DNA from: Candidatus Latescibacterota bacterium
Lineage (GTDB): Bacteria; Latescibacterota; UBA2968
Reading direction: 5' to 3'
Length of the DNA: 64,000 nt
NCBI GenBank assembly: GCA_965207885.1
Contig: OZ242311.1
Coordinates: 2,624,001-2,688,000, forward strand
How positions within the stretch are numbered: the first letter of the stretch is position 1; each line of letters starts with the position of its first letter. Of this stretch, positions 60,900 to 64,000 are shown piece after piece. Under the pieces are notes generated by a model that ran no database searches, had not been told where the DNA came from, and saw only the letters and a program-made list of their open reading frames with translations. Both the position numbers and the translations under genes were made by a program.

Positions 60900-62054
60900 T
60901 TGAAGATTACATCGGTAAAAGCAGTTCCCGCATCATCTTCACCGCAAGGTCGCCCGCCACGCAACTACATGTTTGTGAAGATTGAAACCGATGAAGGTAT
61001 CACAGGCTGGGGGGAGGCGACCGCCGGTCCGCTTAGCGTTGCAACCCAGATCGACGAGGTCGGTCAGGTGCTGGTGGGCGAAGATCCCTGGCAGATCGAG
61101 AAACACTGGCAGACACTCTACCATCACTTTTTTGTGCGGGGCGGTGTCGTGCAGATGTCAGCCATAAGTGGCATAGAAATCGCTCTGTGGGACATCAAAG
61201 GCCAGGCCGTGGGACTGCCCATATACGAAATGCTGGGCGGAAAGATGAGAGATCGGATCTGGTGCTATGGCAGGTGGGATGGGCCTACACCTGAAGGGGC
61301 TGCTGAAACTGCGATGAATAACGTATCAAATGGATTGACGGCGCTCAAGGGGGATCCGTTTGACCATTGCGGGCTGTTTATTCCGGCAGAAGCCGAACGC
61401 GTCGCCATCAAAAAACTGGAAGCTGTTCGCAAAGCAGTGGGCGACGACGTTGAGTTGCTCGTTGAGGTGCATGGACGGCTTGCCCCGGCAGACGCCATCC
61501 GCATCGGCAATGCGATGGCCGACTGTCGGCCCTTTGTGTACGAAGAACCCGTGCCACCAACAAACCTCGACGCGATGCAACGGGTTGCCGAGGCCGTAAG
61601 CATCCCACTGGCGACAGGCGAGCGGCTTTACACCAAGTGGGAATTTACCGACTTGCTGAGCCGACAAATTGTGAAGATGATTCAACCCGACATTGTTCAA
61701 GGTGGCGGTATATTGGAGTTGAAGAAGATTGCGGCGATGGCAGAAGCCCATTATGTCGGTTTCCAACCACACAACCCCTACGGCCCGCTTTGCACGATCG
61801 CGTCTTTGCATCTCGATGCCTGCACCCCAAACTTTATGATTCAGGAAGGCGGAATCAGCCCGTGGTTTCAAGACGCTTGCACGGGCGACTTCCCGGTTCA
61901 GAAGGATGGCTTTTTGCCGATCCCGACCGGCCCCGGGCTGGGCGTGTCCATGAACGAGGAGTGGCTCAAGGCAAATCCCTGGCGTTACGACGCAAATATT
62001 TGGCGGCCCCGTCCTGGTACGGTCGCATCATTACAAGATACAAAGTGGGTCTAA
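60900..62054 (+). CDS. Enolase-superfamily acid sugar dehydratase (galactonate dehydratase-like)
   Basis: ETDEGI.GWGE, ALWDIKG, EEP, ATGERL, QPD, PHNP.GP. Confidence 0.9.
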   Translation: MKITSVKAVPASSSPQGRPPRNYMFVKIETDEGITGWGEATAGPLSVATQIDEVGQVLVGEDPWQIEKHWQTLYHHFFVRGGVVQMSAISGIEIALWDIKGQAVGLPIYEMLGGKMRDRIWCYGRWDGPTPEGAAETAMNNVSNGLTALKGDPFDHCGLFIPAEAERVAIKKLEAVRKAVGDDVELLVEVHGRLAPADAIRIGNAMADCRPFVYEEPVPPTNLDAMQRVAEAVSIPLATGERLYTKWEFTDLLSRQIVKMIQPDIVQGGGILELKKIAAMAEAHYVGFQPHNPYGPLCTIASLHLDACTPNFMIQEGGISPWFQDACTGDFPVQKDGFLPIPTGPGLGVSMNEEWLKANPWRYDANIWRPRPGTVASLQDTKWV

Positions 62055-62084
62055 TCATCAGCACCGAGTATAGGAGAGACGTCC

Positions 62085-63491
62085 ATGCCACAACCGGCTC
62101 AACAGCCCAATATCCTGTTTGTGTTTTCCGACCAGCAGCGTGCATCGGCAATGGGTTGCTACTACGGCGATGAAGATCTGGAGACACCGCACTTCGACGC
62201 ATTCGCCAGGCAGGGAATGAAATTGGAAAGTGCCGTGTCAACGACCCCGCTTTGTTGCCCCTACAGGGCCATATTGATGACGGGATTACACGGCCATCGC
62301 ATGGGGATAACGACCAACGGGTATCATCCGGATCTAAGTGAATATGCCCACATCGGCAAGGCTTTCAAAAACGCAGGGTACCGCTGTGGTTATATCGGCA
62401 AATGGCATTTAGGAGATGTACAACTCGATTCGGGTCATCCGATGCGTCTGGGATTCGACGATGAATGGTTTGTACCTCTGGTATCGAGTCACGCGAGTCC
62501 CAATCGAAACTATGCGGTGAACAGCACTGAGACTGTGGTTGGAGAAGGGTTCGACAAGCCGCAGATCGAGGCCAACAGGGCCATTGAGTTCATTCGAGGA
62601 CAGGACGGTGGAACGCCCTGGTGCCTGTTTCTTTCATGGTATCCCCCTCATCCCCCACTGGTATCTCCAGAGGTATATCTCGAAAAATATCGGGGACGGG
62701 ACCTGAAGTTTCATCCCAATGTGAAGACCGTAGATGCAGAGGCGCTCAATCGCTTTCAGGACCATTATGCACATTATTACGGTCTCGTAACGGGCCTGGA
62801 TACTGAGTGGGAACGCTTGATGCAGGCCCTGGAAGACAGTGGTCAGGCGGAAAACACCATTGTGGTGTACACCTCGGATCACGGTGAAATGCTAAACAGC
62901 CAGGGCTGGCGAGGCAAACGATGGCCTCATCGCGAATCCACCCAGGTTCCTTTTCTGATTCGATGGCCAGGCGAGATTGAAGCCAACGCCACACTGGACA
63001 TGCCGTTTGGTACGCCAGACATTTTTCCCACGCTATGTGGACTCGCAGGGATCAATGTGCCATCGGGGTTGGACGGAGCCGATCTGTCCGGCGTCATCCT
63101 CGGCAGCGATTCCAATGGGCACCAGCAAGAGTACGCCTATATGGAGATGCATCACAGCTTCATTCCGTGGCCCGGCTGGCGCGGGATTCGCACAGCGAAG
63201 TACAATTACGCGCGAATGGAGGAAGGACCATGGGTGTGTTTCGATCTTGAAAACGATCCCTACGAACAGAACAACCTGGTCGAAGAGAATGGCGCGGTCG
63301 TGTCGGAACTGGATGGGCTTCTTGTAGATGCGATGAAAAAAGCGGGCGATTCCTGGCGCGATGTCGGCAGGGAAGTAGGCGATTGGCAGGAGTGGCACGG
63401 CAATAAACAGATTGGGCAACTCGGATTGGATGCTGAATACCCGGGTTCCGAGGCCATTCGAATCTGGGCAGAACGGAACAATCTTGTGTAG
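62085..63491 (+). CDS. Sulfatase
   Basis: PNILFVFSDQQR, CCPYR, GKWHL, SDHGE. Confidence 0.9.
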   Translation: MPQPAQQPNILFVFSDQQRASAMGCYYGDEDLETPHFDAFARQGMKLESAVSTTPLCCPYRAILMTGLHGHRMGITTNGYHPDLSEYAHIGKAFKNAGYRCGYIGKWHLGDVQLDSGHPMRLGFDDEWFVPLVSSHASPNRNYAVNSTETVVGEGFDKPQIEANRAIEFIRGQDGGTPWCLFLSWYPPHPPLVSPEVYLEKYRGRDLKFHPNVKTVDAEALNRFQDHYAHYYGLVTGLDTEWERLMQALEDSGQAENTIVVYTSDHGEMLNSQGWRGKRWPHRESTQVPFLIRWPGEIEANATLDMPFGTPDIFPTLCGLAGINVPSGLDGADLSGVILGSDSNGHQQEYAYMEMHHSFIPWPGWRGIRTAKYNYARMEEGPWVCFDLENDPYEQNNLVEENGAVVSELDGLLVDAMKKAGDSWRDVGREVGDWQEWHGNKQIGQLGLDAEYPGSEAIRIWAERNNLV

Positions 63492-63602
63492 CGAGCGGCG
63501 ACTATCGAGTATGAGCCCGGTCGTCTCTTTACTGGGGACATGAGCCTGGCGAGGTGAGTTGTATCCAGGGACCTATGTTAGTCTAAAATAAAAGGAATTG
63601 AA

Positions 63603-64000
63603 ATGAATCGCTCTGTTCTGGACTGGCCAACAGGTGTTACCGTCTATCACCCTGACCGATGTTATAATGGGTACACGCTCGTTCATGGGCGAGGGCCCTG
63701 GGATCCCGTGCGTGGCATCTCGGCCGAACAGGTCGATCGATGGCACTTGATAGACATGAAGGGTCAGGTGGTTCACGAGTTCTACGGAAACCCGGCGACG
63801 CAGCGCGGCTCTCAGCTATTTGAACGCGTTGCAAACGGCCACTATATCAGCAATGGGGCCTCCATCACCGAACAGGACTGGGATGGAAATATTGTCTGGT
63901 CTCTGTCCTCGGACTTCCGCGAGGATGCGCGACCAACGGGTTTCCATCACGACATCCAGAAGACTTCTGAACACACCTATCTCGCTATGGTCGCGGATCG
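63603..64000 (+). CDS. Arylsulfate sulfotransferase (ASST)-like protein, partial at the window end
   Basis: Manual translation: PTGVTVYHPDRCYNGYTL, LIDMKGQVVHE, EQDWDGNIVW, HHD; RBS aagga. Confidence 0.78.
   Translation, partial: MNRSVLDWPTGVTVYHPDRCYNGYTLVHGRGPWDPVRGISAEQVDRWHLIDMKGQVVHEFYGNPATQRGSQLFERVANGHYISNGASITEQDWDGNIVWSLSSDFREDARPTGFHHDIQKTSEHTYLAMVAD

Noticed and set aside
63492-63525. GDYRV peptide resembling a RelE toxin motif in the spacer
   Set aside because: Only five codons, followed by a stop; too short to support.

Overview
This is a bacterial window of about 55 tightly packed genes in long co-oriented runs, and base composition changes visibly between neighbouring genes. 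It carries 7 sulfatases, 9 PhyH-type Fe(II)/2-oxoglutarate dioxygenases, glycoside hydrolases (GH29, GH5), KatG and a dockerin/EF-hand-tagged esterase. That profile resembles Latescibacterota/Poribacteria-like sponge-associated lineages, which is an inference only. The most unusual structure is at 1-10.1 kb. A minus-strand array of small modification enzymes (GNATs, NUDIX, methyltransferases, kinase, 2H phosphoesterase, ANT-like nucleotidyltransferase) is present as one largely intact unit plus two collapsed, same-order skeleton copies. The ANT-like gene is bracketed by complementary GTTAGCCGT/ACGGCTAAC cores and an attC-like half site, suggesting eroded integron cassettes. Other notable items are an apparently intact TnpB-only IS200/IS605 element with a recognisable right end, and a defence-island-like stretch at 47.8-53.1 kb. 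That stretch holds an AAA+PD-(D/E)XK protein, a single-domain radical SAM enzyme with a truncated DUF6375-like partner, an orphan MNT with an amputated HEPN, and an AAA remnant. There is also a recent PhyH duplication that has diverged near the active site, and many gene-end scars between intact genes. No rRNA, tRNA or CRISPR array was recognised. All calls come from reading the sequence and motifs by eye; no database searches were run.
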